In this document: positions 12,811-24,178 of the stretch, one piece after another
Position numbering within the stretch: the first letter of the stretch is position 1
How the letters are laid out: each line of letters starts with the position of its first letter
Assembly: GCA_951406725.2 (NCBI GenBank)
Contig: OX597815.1
Coordinates: 78,864,001-78,928,000 of the forward strand
Direction: 5' to 3'
DNA from: Octopus vulgaris
Lineage: Eukaryota
DNA length: 64,000 nt
Notes under the pieces: generated by a model
The model's input: the letters and a program-made list of their open reading frames with translations, nothing else
The model's database searches: none
What the model was told of the DNA's origin: nothing
Program-made: the position numbers and the translations under genes

Positions 12811-13428
12811 GGAAAGACTTCCGCCCCTCCCAAATTTATTTACTTTTGGAATTTTTTTTGCTAAAACTCCCCGTTTTCGGATACGGAAATTCCAGAAAAT
12901 TGCCAAAAATCGGTATTGTGAAATTCCGCCTCCCGTTTCCCCCTATCTTCTTCAATTTTGACTTTTTCCCCAACGCTAATCCTAAAACCCTAACCCTAAA
13001 ACCCTAACCTTAACCCTGACCCTAAAACCCTAACCCTAACCCTAACCCTGAAATCCTAACCCTAACCCTAACAATAAAACCGTAACCGTAAGTACAGAAA
13101 TGTTTTGAAATTTTTGTCCGAATCATGATGTCCGTATTTTTCCGCATATTTAGAAAAAAAAAATTCTTTAAAAAAAATTTACAAAGATTTTTGGAAATGT
13201 TTTTCAGAATCATAATCTCCGTATTTTTCCGCATATTTTGAAAAAAAAATTGTGAAAAAAGTTTAAAATGAAGGAAATGGAAGATGGATGTGGTAATTTA
13301 GAAATGTCGATTTTTGCCAATTTTTTTCCAGATTCGTATTTCCGCAGCCGAAAAGGGGGGCGGGGTTGTGTCGAAAAAAAAAATTTAAGGGTGTTTTGGG
13401 GGGGGCGGGGGCGGGAAGAAGTCTTGCC
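12811..13428. mobile_element. TIR-bounded insertion carrying degenerate (CCCTAA)n, inserted in a SINE tail
   Basis: Ends ggaaagacttccgcccc / ggggcgggaagaagtcttgcc; telomere-like tract at about 12975-13090; internal ~85-bp duplication at about 13095-13250. Confidence 0.6.
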
Positions 13429-13451
13429 AGGCCTTGTGCCTAAAGTAGAAA

Positions 13452-14010
13452 AGGTGGCGAGCTGGCAGACACGTTAGCACGCCGGGCGAAATGATTGGCG
13501 GTATTTCGTCTGCCGCTACGTTCTGAGTTCAAATTCCGCCGAGGTCGACTTTGCCTTTGATCCTTTCGGAGTCGATTAAAAATAAGTACCAGTTACGCAC
13601 TAGGGTCGATATAATCGACTTAATCCGTTTTTCTGTCCTTGTTTGTCCTCTCTGTGTTTAGCCCCTTGTGGACAATAAAGAAATAGGTATTTCGTCTGCC
13701 GTTACGTTCTGAGTTCAAATTCCGCCGAGGTCAACTTTGCCTTTCATCCTCTCGGGGTCGATTAAATAAGTACCAGTTACGCACTGGGGTCGATATAATC
13801 GACTTAATCTGTTTGTCTGTCTTTGTTTGTCCTTTCTGTGTTTAGCCCCTTGTGGGTAGTAAAGAAATAGGTATTTCGTCAGTCTTCACGTTCTGAGTTG
13901 CTTTTCATCCTTTCGGGTCGATAAATTAAGTACCAGTTGCGTACTGGAATCGATTTAATCGACTGGTTCCTTAACCAAAATCTCGGGCCTTGTGCCTAGA
14001 ATAAAAAAGA
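13452..14010 (+). mobile_element. Tandem/nested array of tRNA-derived SINE family B
   Basis: Head ggtggcgagctggcaga..gttcaaattcc with central gcctttcatcctttcggggtcgat; units restart at ggtatttcgtc (about 13687 and 13870). Confidence 0.85.
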
Positions 14011-14015
14011 ACTAT

Positions 14016-14069
<54 letters not shown>

Positions 14070-14456
14070 CATAAATTAATTTTATTTATCACACACACAC
14101 ACAATGCAGTGGTTAGGATAGCGGACTCGCTGTCGTAGGATCGCGGTTTCGATGTGATTGTTTATTTATTGAGCGAAAATACCTAAAGTTCCACAAGGCT
14201 CCGGCAGGAGGTGGTGGCGAACTCTGCTGTACTCTTTCACCACAACTTTATCTCACTCTTTCTTCCTGTTTCTGTTGTACCTACATTTCAAAGGGTCAAC
14301 CTTGTCACACACTGTGTCACGCTGAATCGTCCTGAGATCTACATCAAGAGTACACGTGTCTGCTCAGCCACTTGCACATTAATGTTATGAGCAGGCTGTT
14401 CCGTTGATTGGATCAAGTGGAACCCTCGTCGTCGCAACCGACGGAGTGCCGCACAT

Positions 14457-14520
<64 letters not shown>

Positions 14521-14541
14521 TATACCGTGCTGCACGGAATG

Positions 14542-14590
14542 TTGTCAGTGAACAGGTCGCAGTCTCAAAGCGACGAAAATATTTTGACAA
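14542..14590 (+). ncRNA. Type-I hammerhead motif with swapped G3:C8 core pair
   Basis: TTGTCA-GTGAACA-G-GTCGC agtctcaaa GCGAC-GAAA-ATAT-T-T-TGACAA: 6-bp stem I, 5-bp stem II, palindromic AATATT at stem III. Confidence 0.6.
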
Positions 14591-14729
14591 ATTAAATTTA
14601 AATGTTGAAGTGAATCTAATGGATTTTGTGTCTTTCTTAAATGGCTTATAAACACCTTCCACACTGCAATTGTTTTCGTTCCAGCATACGATCTCAGATC
14701 AGGTCACTTGCAGTGCAAGTACATCTCCG

Positions 14730-14779
<50 letters not shown>

Positions 14780-14866
14780 AGAGTTTACAAAAAAAACAAA
14801 AGACGAAGACAGGTGGTGCACAAAACAAACAGATGTATTAGTATAACGGTCAGGAATTGAAAAAGT

Positions 14867-14902
14867 CTTTTATATTTCGAGCCTACGCTCTTCTACAGAA
14901 AG
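14867..14902 (-). ncRNA. Hammerhead-like motif (C3:G8, A6U variant) in a short repeat
   Basis: Minus strand CTTT-CTGTAGA-A-GAGC gtag GCTC-GAAA-TA-T-A-AAAG. Confidence 0.5.
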
Positions 14903-15061
14903 GGACACAGAAAAAAAAAACAGAATAAAAAACAAGGAGAGAAAATAATGTGTGTAGTGGCTAACGATCTATCATGTCGATAGATCGTTATATATATATA
15001 TATAGAGAGAGAGATAGATAGATAGATAGATATACATACATACATATATATAGATAGAGAT

Positions 15062-15116
<55 letters not shown>

Positions 15117-15446
15117 TACATACATATATATATTTTATAGATAGATAGATAGATAGACACATACATGCATATAAATATATATATATATATATCCGAAATG
15201 ATGAAAGCAAGTCAACCCCAGCGGTATTTGAACTCAGAACATAAAGACGGACGAAATGACGCTGATAATTTTACTCTGCATGCATACAATTCTGCCAGTT
15301 CGCCGCCTTATATATGCCGGAATATTAATATGAGATTACACTTGAAAGAGATCAGCCGTTTCAACAAAGCAGTCGTCGTCATATCATAACAACTTACAAT
15401 GATTTCTCCCTCGTAAAATGGCTTCATAAACACGTGTCGCCGGTTA

Positions 15447-15537
15447 ATGACAAACAAAAATATGGCTTTGGCTGCCGTACATCATATTCCACCCAATTTT
15501 TTACAAGAAATTCTTGAATTAAGAACAAAAATTCCAG
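15447..15537 (+). CDS. THADA: THADA coding exon 1 (MTNKNMALAAVHHIPPNFLQEILELRTKIP)
   Basis: First in-frame ATG at 15447 after an upstream TAA; donor CCAG|gttagt; the phase-1 end matches the start phase of exon 2. Protein similarity here is weak, so this is less certain than later exons. Confidence 0.7.
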
Positions 15538-16406
15538 GTTAGTGCTTGTTGTTGCTATATATTATGCTGGGATACTTTAGTAATGCATATCTATATAGTG
15601 CTCAGTATTAGAACCTCTGAGAAGTAATTTTAAGTAAGAAAATATTTTCTTCAATTGAAGGTAGATTGAAATACAAGAGTAAGTAAATATTTAGAGATAT
15701 CTGCTTACTAAATGTTAATAGAGACGTAATTTATTATTGATTATTTTTTGCAAATATGAAATTACGTTTTATCAATACGGTTAAGAAAACATGGCTTGAA
15801 TGCGACAAATAACCACTCGATTGATCGATCCTGTTGTCAATGACATTGGAGACACGGAGTGGAAATAGCTTCGATGTATGATTGGGACCAGTTTGTCGCA
15901 GTAAATAGTTACATAAAATAATATTTGGCTTGCAATTTTCCTATAAAATAATTATGCTAATTTAGATGACTATCATTGAGTTCATGTCTGCTTTCACTTT
16001 CGTCAATGCGCAGCTGGATTTGGTTTTGTTCGGGGATCGACGAAGCTTTATTTTAATATTTTAGATATTTTACTCAGCAAAAATTGTTGGTATTATCTAC
16101 TATCGCTTTATATATATATAATGTATTATAATTATATATATATATATGTATATTACATATCTACATGTTTGTTAAATTAAAATTTGATTGTCATCAGTAA
16201 TCCAACCCAGAGTTAACTTTTGATATAATAAACGTATTTATCCACCCATGATATTGAATTTTACATCACATAATGTCAGAAACTATAAACAATTTTTTCA
16301 CTATCACATTACAATATACATATATATATATATATAAACGTCAGTAGTTCATATATCCGAAAAAGAAGCACACCCTAAAACATTAAAACAGTAATATATT
16401 TTTTAG

Positions 16407-16530
16407 GAAGTTGATTGTTATGGCCGGTCAGAGAATGACCATTAGTTTCGCACCTATAAAGCACTTAGTTGTATAGGCAGACTTTGCGAAACCAATGGTC
16501 ACTTTCTGATCGGTCATAACAATCAACTTC
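16407..16530. repeat. Foldback inverted repeat with about 46-bp arms
   Basis: gaagttgattgttatggccggtcaga..tttcgca / tgcgaaa..tctgatcggtcataacaatcaacttc. Confidence 0.9.
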
Positions 16531-17462
16531 TTTATATATATATATATATATGATCAAATTCAGACGATATTATAACAGTAATAATTTTAAACACGGAAAT
16601 AATATCGTTACGGCAATAATAATTTGAAACAAATGTCATACATAGACAAAATGAAAGATAAATATCAACCAACTTGAAAGGTAAAGCTTGCGGCAAAATA
16701 CCGTTAGAGACAGATAATATATTACTGGTGAAAATTTCTTAGGTCAGGTTAATTGTTACTTTGGAAAGGAGGAAATAATATGGTGATTAACAAAAGCACC
16801 CAAATTTATATTCCATCTTCAGCAACAACACTGAAAGAACAACAAATTCTAAGAAATGTAATACAATCCATACCCTCCCCCCAGGACGTTCACTGAATTG
16901 AATGATGTCCTAAATGGACATTCATCAACTCATGAACAACAAAAATAACAACACATTTTAATAGCAGCCTAAAATATCCAACACACATCATCATCATCGC
17001 TTTAACACCCACTTTTACAGCGTAGCTTGAGTAACACAAAACTTGTTGAGGCAGGTTTTCTGTGGCTGAATGTTATCTCTTCCACTAACTCTCACCTGTT
17101 TCCAAGCAAGGTACTTTCCCTCACCTTAGCAGTGTCCTTTGAACAATGAACAAAACGCTCAATAGATATCATATATATATATATATATAGCTTTGGGGCT
17201 TGTGTGGTTGAGAAATTCACTTTACAACCTTGTGTAATTGAGCAAAATGAGTTTGATAGAATAGAATAAGCTCTAGACATAGAAATAAGTTGTGAAGTTG
17301 ATTTGATCAACTTAAATCTTTTAATCATGCTCCAACATGGCCACTGTCCAGTAACTGACATGCTAGTTTCAACTTAATTTATCATTGGTTAGCTACTGCA
17401 GTTCCACATTGCTATAAAATGCCACTTGTGACACAGACATCATGTGTGTGTGTGTGTGTGTG

Positions 17463-18735
17463 TTGGATCATCCCATAAATAATATAGCCTTTTTAACTGC
17501 ATGAACTGAAAGTCAAAGTGGGACAGGATAAACTACCTGCATCAACTTGCTATAAAAGCAGGTAGTAATTTTACTTTGTAGTTATTCTTAGCGTAAGTTT
17601 TGAAGAGTTCAGTTCGATTTTAACAGTTATTTTTTCGAAGTTATAATGGAGAATATTTGGCATATTTTGCTTTATGAGTTCAATAAAGGTAACAATACAA
17701 TAGGAAGTGCAAGGAATATTAATGCAATATATGGGGATTGGACAATAAGTGTAAACCAGTGTCAATGGTAGTTTCAGAAATTCTGAGCTGGAATCTACAG
17801 TCTAGAAGATGAGCCATGTCCTGGAAGACCTGTAGAGCTTGATGAGGACATCCTGCAAACCTTGGTAGAACAAAATCTCATCATAACTGTTGAGGAACTA
17901 GCAGAGAAGCTTGGATTTGGTCATTCTACTGTTCATCGACACCTACGTGCCTTCGGAAAAGTTAGCAAATTGGGTTAATGGATTCCTCATAAACTTTCTA
18001 AGTCTATTCACGTGCAGAGAGTGAATGTGTGCTCTTCTTTGCTGTCACGTCTCACAAAGGAACCTTTTTTGGACCAAATAGTGACTGGTGATGAAAAAGG
18101 GGTTCTCTATAAAAATGTCAAGCATTGAAGACTGGGTAGGGAAAGGAGAAACACTGGCACCCCAGGCTAAAGAAGGTCTTCACCCATGTAAGATGTTGTT
18201 ATCTGTTTGTTAGGATATGAAAAGTTTAATCCACTTTAAACTTTTAAACCCAAACCAAACGATAACAAAGGAGATCTCCTATGAGCAGCCTGAGCAGCTG
18301 AAGTCAGCACTAAAAGAAAAATGACCATCTTTGGTTTCAAGACGAAAGGTGTTCTTTCATCAGGATAATGCTTGGCCACATTCAGTGAGGATGACATTCA
18401 AAAGGCTGGAGCAGTTTGAATGGGAAACAATGCTCCACCCACCATATTTGGTGGACATTACCCCATCTGATTATCATTTATTCTGCAATCTTCAAAATCA
18501 TTTGCGGGGAAAAAAATATGAATTCTGTTGACGAGGTCAGAACAGTACTGGAGGAGTATTTTTCATCAGGGACAAGTGAATTTTGGAAGTGGGGCCTTGC
18601 AAGTCTACCAAATAGATGGAAGAGCATTGTAGAAAATGAAGGAGAGTATACTTTAGCTTAAAAAAGAACTTTATCTTAATTTTGAAAAATTTTTTAGAAG
18701 TACTAAAAAACTGCATTATTTATGGGATGATCCAA
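17463..18735 (+). mobile_element. Near full-length decayed mariner (DD34D)
   Basis: TIR TTGGATCATCCCATAAATAAT at both ends; WIPHKL, VTGDEK, HQDNAWPH, HPPYLVDITPSDYHLF with stops. Confidence 0.92.
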
Positions 18736-18739
18736 TATA

Positions 18740-18936
18740 CAGGTTAAAGTATTGAGGAAAAGCAAACAATTAGGTAATAAAATAAGGATATTTAATTTCA
18801 TTTAATTCACTCTAAATTTAGCTATATAAGGAATGGTAAAAATAGTAAAAAATATTCTTATTATATAGCTAAATTTAGATTTAATTAAATCTCCTGCATT
18901 ACCTAATTGATTGCCTTTTGTCACTACTCTAACCTA
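18740..18936. mobile_element. MITE-like foldback element abutting the mariner TIR
   Basis: TA|caggttaaagta..caattaggtaat and tctaaatttagctatataa mirrored by ttatatagctaaatttaga and attacctaattg..tactctaaccta|TA. Confidence 0.6.
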
Positions 18937-19994
18937 TACCCACTGATTCAAAGGGATGCCATCTTTGAACAAGACAATCACATGACCACAGCTTCAACTG
19001 CTGTTCGAACTGGAATTTTGATGGCACACCTATTTGAGAACACAAAACACATACTTGTTTGAGTCATCCTGACGAATACTCCTCATATCCCGCCCTCTCT
19101 CTCTCTCTCTCTCTCTCTCTAAACATTTATGTGTGTGTGTGTGTGTGTGTAAATCATGGCGTTACATCTAATTTTTATGGTGGCATGTGTTGGACAGGTT
19201 GTTGCTGCTTTCCCAGACAGGTTAGTGAATCATGTCTTGCTTGTAAGTTTAATCTTTGGCTTAGTCTCTATGATTGGGTGTACTTTATAGCACTCTTTCA
19301 CTGATTATGCTGGGTGCACATTTTTCTGGCACGGAACTGGAGACATTGTCATGTCTTTGACAAAACGTTTAGTTTTATTTTATTGTGGCACTAGTACAAG
19401 AGATGATAAAGGTGAGAGAATGATGGAGATTGCTACCAAATGGCCTGAGAAGAGAATAGATAAAGTGTATGAATTTGCATGCAGATCTGATGATTTACTT
19501 TTTGTATATGCCTCAAGAACAGTGATAGGGTAATAAAGATAAGAGAAAGAAGGATTGAATGTTGGAGACAGGGTTAGTTAGATCCCATGACATTTTTACT
19601 TCACTGGAAGCAATGTACAGTGAATAGGAGGAGGAGGCAATGGTGATGGAGACATAGGTGACAGCAGCCTGTCGACAGGTGAGTGATAAGGATATATGGT
19701 AAGAGGATTGGGTTATAGTTGTTTGAGATAGTTGAGCACTATCAAAGAGGCCAAAGATGTAGCCATGATAGTATTCTTTTATTCTTTTACTTGTTTCAGT
19801 TATTTGACTGCAGCCATGCTGGAACACCGCCTTTAGCCAAGCAAATTGACCCCAAGATTTATTCTTTGTAAGACTAATACTTATTGTATTAGTTTCTTTT
19901 GCTAAGTTACAGGGACATTAACACTCCAGCATCGGTTGTCAAGCGATGTTGAGGGGACAAACACATACACACACACACACATATATACATATAT

Positions 19995-20050
<56 letters not shown>

Positions 20051-20123
20051 ATGTGGCGGGCTTTTTTTCAGTTTCCATCTACCAAATCCACTCACAAGGT
20101 TTGGTCAGCCCAAGGCTATAGTA

Positions 20124-20660
20124 TTAGGTTGTCAAGAAAGTTCTTGCAGTTTTTAACCTTTAAATTCAGATGCACATATCTCAAATGGTTGGAAATTGTA
20201 TACATTACGTCTGATTCAGAAGCAAACTCTCAAACAGTTGTGCATGGATTGGCTTCAACTAAGGCTCTTAGTTGATTGTTGTCAACATCCGATGGCCAAC
20301 CATTATGCTTATCTTCAGGACTCTCGTCACCGATATGAAATTTCTTGAACCACCATTGTGCTGTACGTTTATTAGTTGTTCCTAGGCCAAATGCATTGTT
20401 GATATCGCAAGCTGTTTCAGCAGCTTTTTGGCCTTGAACTGGAATAAGAAAATTGTGCGAATTTGCTTTTTGTCCATGTTGTATTCAGCATTCTGGAAAA
20501 AATGGCCTAATTATTCAAAAAGAGTAACACGATTAGATAGAACGAAAAACGGGCTTTAAAATGATATATAAAGTCAAAGTAATTTAATGAAAATTAGTTT
20601 GAAAATACATCGTTTAAAACCAAAATTTAAAATTCTGCAAGAACTTTCTTGACAACCTAA
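20124..20660 (-). mobile_element. Mariner deletion derivative (Hsmar1/cecropia-like N-terminus) inserted into a SINE
   Basis: TA|TTAGGTTGTCAAGAAAGTTCTTGCAG TIRs; MDKKQIRTIFLFQFK..KAAETACDINNAFG..QWWFKKF; host SINE resumes ctatagta|..|tagaagacac. Confidence 0.9.
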
Positions 20661-22897
20661 TAGAAGACACTTGTCCAAGGTGCCATGCAGTGGGACTGAA
20701 CCCGGAACCATGCGGTTGGTAAGCAAGCTACTTACCACACAACCAAGGCCAGCAATTTTGTGGGAGGGTGTTGTAAGTCAATTACATCAGCCCCAGTGTT
20801 CAGCTGATATTTATTCTATCAACCCTGAAAGGCAAAGTCAATCCTGGCAGTATTTAAACTCAGAATGTAAAATTGGAAGAAATGCTGCTAAGCATTTTTT
20901 TCTTTTGGTATGGTAATAATTTTTCTATCACATTGCCTTCATGGTAGTATCATCATTATTTGATGTCCACGTTTCATGCTGGTATAAGTCAAGTGGTTTG
21001 GTAGCATCTGATGGGTTCAAGGGTGCTCCAGTGTCTGCTTTGGCATTGTTTTTATGGCTGGATACTTTTCCTAATGCTAATTACTTTACAGAATGTTCTG
21101 GATGCTCTTTTCATGCCACCAGCACTAGTGAGGTTGCCCTGCAGCCTGCAATACTATAAATCTCAAGGAGGCAACTTTATGCAAGGAATAGAGAGGGATG
21201 ATGTGTGAGAGAAATGGGCCAAAGCAGAACAGGTTTCTTGCTGTAGAGAAGCTACATGACAACTCATATTTTAGAAAGGGATGGTGGGAGTAATTGGGTG
21301 GAGCTAAAAAGTAATAAAAATAGAGTTAGGTGTCAGGGTGGATCTTCAAGGTATGAGATGGGTTAGGGTTAGGGTGGGGTCAGTACTCATGATTGGATAT
21401 ATACTTGAAACAAATGACACCAAAAGTATGAGGATGATGCTCATTTTACAACTATTGCACAATATCAAACCTAGGAAGTGCATGCACAGGCACATACACA
21501 CACCTGATGGGTTTCTTTCAGTTTCCATCTACCAGATCCATTCACAGAGCTTTGTTCAGCTCTGGGCCTTCACAGAATTACAACAATATCCACTCATATA
21601 GATTAATGCTCCACTTCAAATTTCAATTAAATACATTTTGGCTTCACGTGTGCTTTCCTTCATCCAGCTGGGAATAAAACAGTTGTTTGGATAACCAATA
21701 TTCCAGCATTCACATGATGTAGTTGTCTCATCATATTTGATGCCATGTACTCATAGTTTCACTGTAAGGGATATTAACCTGCTTGAGTATGCTGACATTT
21801 CTGCATTTGTTCAGCCACTTGATGTGTATAATATTTCCCATACATCTCTAGTGGCCTGTTTCCTGCCACTGGTGATGTTGCCTATGGCTTGTCCAATGTG
21901 AGGGTGTCTTAGTATCATTTGGTAAGATTTGTGTCAGCCTCTCTACAGCCATCTATTTAAAGGTGTGTATAGATAAGGTACATTCATAATTATAATTTGC
22001 CTTTCTAGTTTGGAACTAGAATATCAATTTGCTGGGAGTTATTCAGAGACATGCAACAAGATGAACACCTTCCCTCAAGCACTTACCATATCTTAAACAT
22101 ATTGCTTCTATAGGCATCAGCACATTAAAGTTTCAACAACTTTGGCCACCTTTTAGAATTCAGTATCTTTTCCACCCATTAAGGCAGTAAGCTGGCAGAA
22201 TCGTTAGCACACCAGGCAAAATGCTTAGTAGCATTTCATCCGTCTTTACATTCTGAGTTCAAATTTCAGTAAGGTCAGCTTTGCCTTTCATCCGTTTGGG
22301 GTTGCTCAAATAAGTACCAGTTGAATAATAGGATTGATATAATTGACCTTCCTCCTGAAATTGCTAGCCAAAATTTGAAACCAATATCTTTTCCACCCAT
22401 TGATATACTTAAAAAAAACCAAACAACAGCACCATACACATGACTTTTGGAAACATTTTTTCACACTCAGAATTGTCAAAGTATGCAGTAAACTACTTGC
22501 TTCAGTTGTTAACCATCAGAGAACTATCAAAAACTCCATGCATCCTGAAATTCAATACCCCTGATTTATATATATAATCTTTCTAGTGGCTCTTTTACTA
22601 TTCACTTTTCTGTCTTTTTATGTTTTATTTTGTGTGCTATTCATGCATTTTTGGCTATTATTGCTGTCTTTCTTTACTCGACTTATTACTGTTTTTCTTT
22701 ACTCAACTTATTGCTGTTTTATGTCCCCCCTTTTACCCTATCCCAGTGAGTTGTAGTGCACCTGAATATTGCATACAATAAATTCATCATCATCATTATT
22801 ATCTTAATATTAATTTGCCATCAGTCAGTTGCATATTTTGTAAAGTATTTATAAAAAATCCTATATTCATGCTATTTATTCTTTGTTTCTATTTCAG

Positions 22898-22992
22898 AGC
22901 CTGATTTGCAAGAACATCCAGTTTTATTTGTTCATTTATCAGAATTATTCACTTGCACAAATGATAAAGAATTATTGCAAGTCCCCAAAAAA
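22898..22992 (+). CDS. THADA: THADA exon 2 ((E)PDLQEHPVLFVHLSELFTCTNDKELLQVPKK)
   Basis: tttctatttcag| acceptor, |gtatgt donor, open frame, phase 1 to 0. Confidence 0.8.
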
Positions 22993-23212
22993 GTATGTAT
23001 ACGTATGAGCACCCTGAGTCTTTGTACATTTTACAATGAGTAATTACATAAACACGCATACTGCACACTGTCCTGCATTCTGCATTGCAATCTCATAGTT
23101 TTGGGTTCAGTCCTTAGGTTAGTGTCTTCTATTATAGCCCTGGGCCAACCAAAGCTTTGTGAGTGGATTTGCTTGACAGAAACTGAAGGAAGCCCATTAT
23201 ATATGAATATGT

Positions 23213-23260
<48 letters not shown>

Positions 23261-23732
23261 CTGTTGGTGTGCCTTTGTCTTAACATTGCACAATAGTTCT
23301 AAAGGATTGTCATTATGCAAGTGGTGTCCTTCGTTTGCAGTCTTTTGTGAAAACATATCAGGCTTGGAGATTGACAACAGAAAAGGCATCCAGTTGTAGA
23401 AATCCATCTCACCATACTCCATCCAACCCATAGATATTATGTCATCCTTGATTAAGCTAGCTCATAATCAAAGACATTCCAGCCTATCCAGATATATGTA
23501 TCTTGGTCCACAGTATCCAACATATTCTTCACTTTTGAAACAGTAGTATATAATTTAAGAGAGATTTAGTTGCTATTTCTAACAATTCAAACGATCACCT
23601 TGATGCTCTTTCATTGTTATAGCTGAGATTACAGCTGATGCTGGTTGGTCAATTTTGTAGTTCCAGCAATTAGTATAAAAAATGATTATCTCCCTTGTAA
23701 AGCTGTGTAAAATTATATTTTTCTCCTTATAG

Positions 23733-23857
23733 ATTATTGGACTATTAAAGGCTCAACATGACATACAGTCAGAACATATTCAGATTGCTGTTGATGTTAT
23801 GGTAGCTATCTACATTCGTTATCCAACTCGACATCCTTTGAAAAATGTTTTTAAAAG
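23733..23857 (+). CDS. THADA: THADA exon 3 (IIGLLKAQHDIQSEHIQIAVDVMVAIYIRYPTRHPLKNVFK)
   Basis: ccttatag| ... AG|gtaatc; resembles vertebrate THADA 'DILAGIYLSL..KNPLKKVL' as recalled. Confidence 0.88.
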
Positions 23858-24178
23858 GTAATCTTTTCTTCAAAAAAATATTTGTAAAATTGTGTTTGTG
23901 TGTGCATGTGTTTGAATGACAGCATTTCACAGTATATATTACTTATTGATATTATGACCAGTCATACTACGCTTTTGAAGACCAGCAGTAAAAAAAAAAA
24001 AAGATTCCTAACCTGAAAAATAAGTAAATAGAAAAAAATTTGTAACAAAGAACAGTATTAAAATTTCAATATTTTAAAATTTTATTAGCTTTATTATTGG
24101 TGTTAATGAACCACATGTACACTCCTCCCTCCCCCCGAAATATTTGCTAATTTCCATCACATTCTTTATCTTATTTAG

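Noticed and set aside
12975-13090. True telomere or chromosome-fusion scar
   Set aside because: Short, degenerate, single orientation and enclosed within an insertion
13452-14010. Regularly repeated units superficially like a CRISPR array
   Set aside because: Units are long SINE copies with no unique spacers, in a eukaryotic context with no cas genes
16651-16686. Alternative THADA first exon with donor AAG|gtaaag
   Set aside because: The ATG frame hits TGA before the donor, and the phase-1 frame contains TAA
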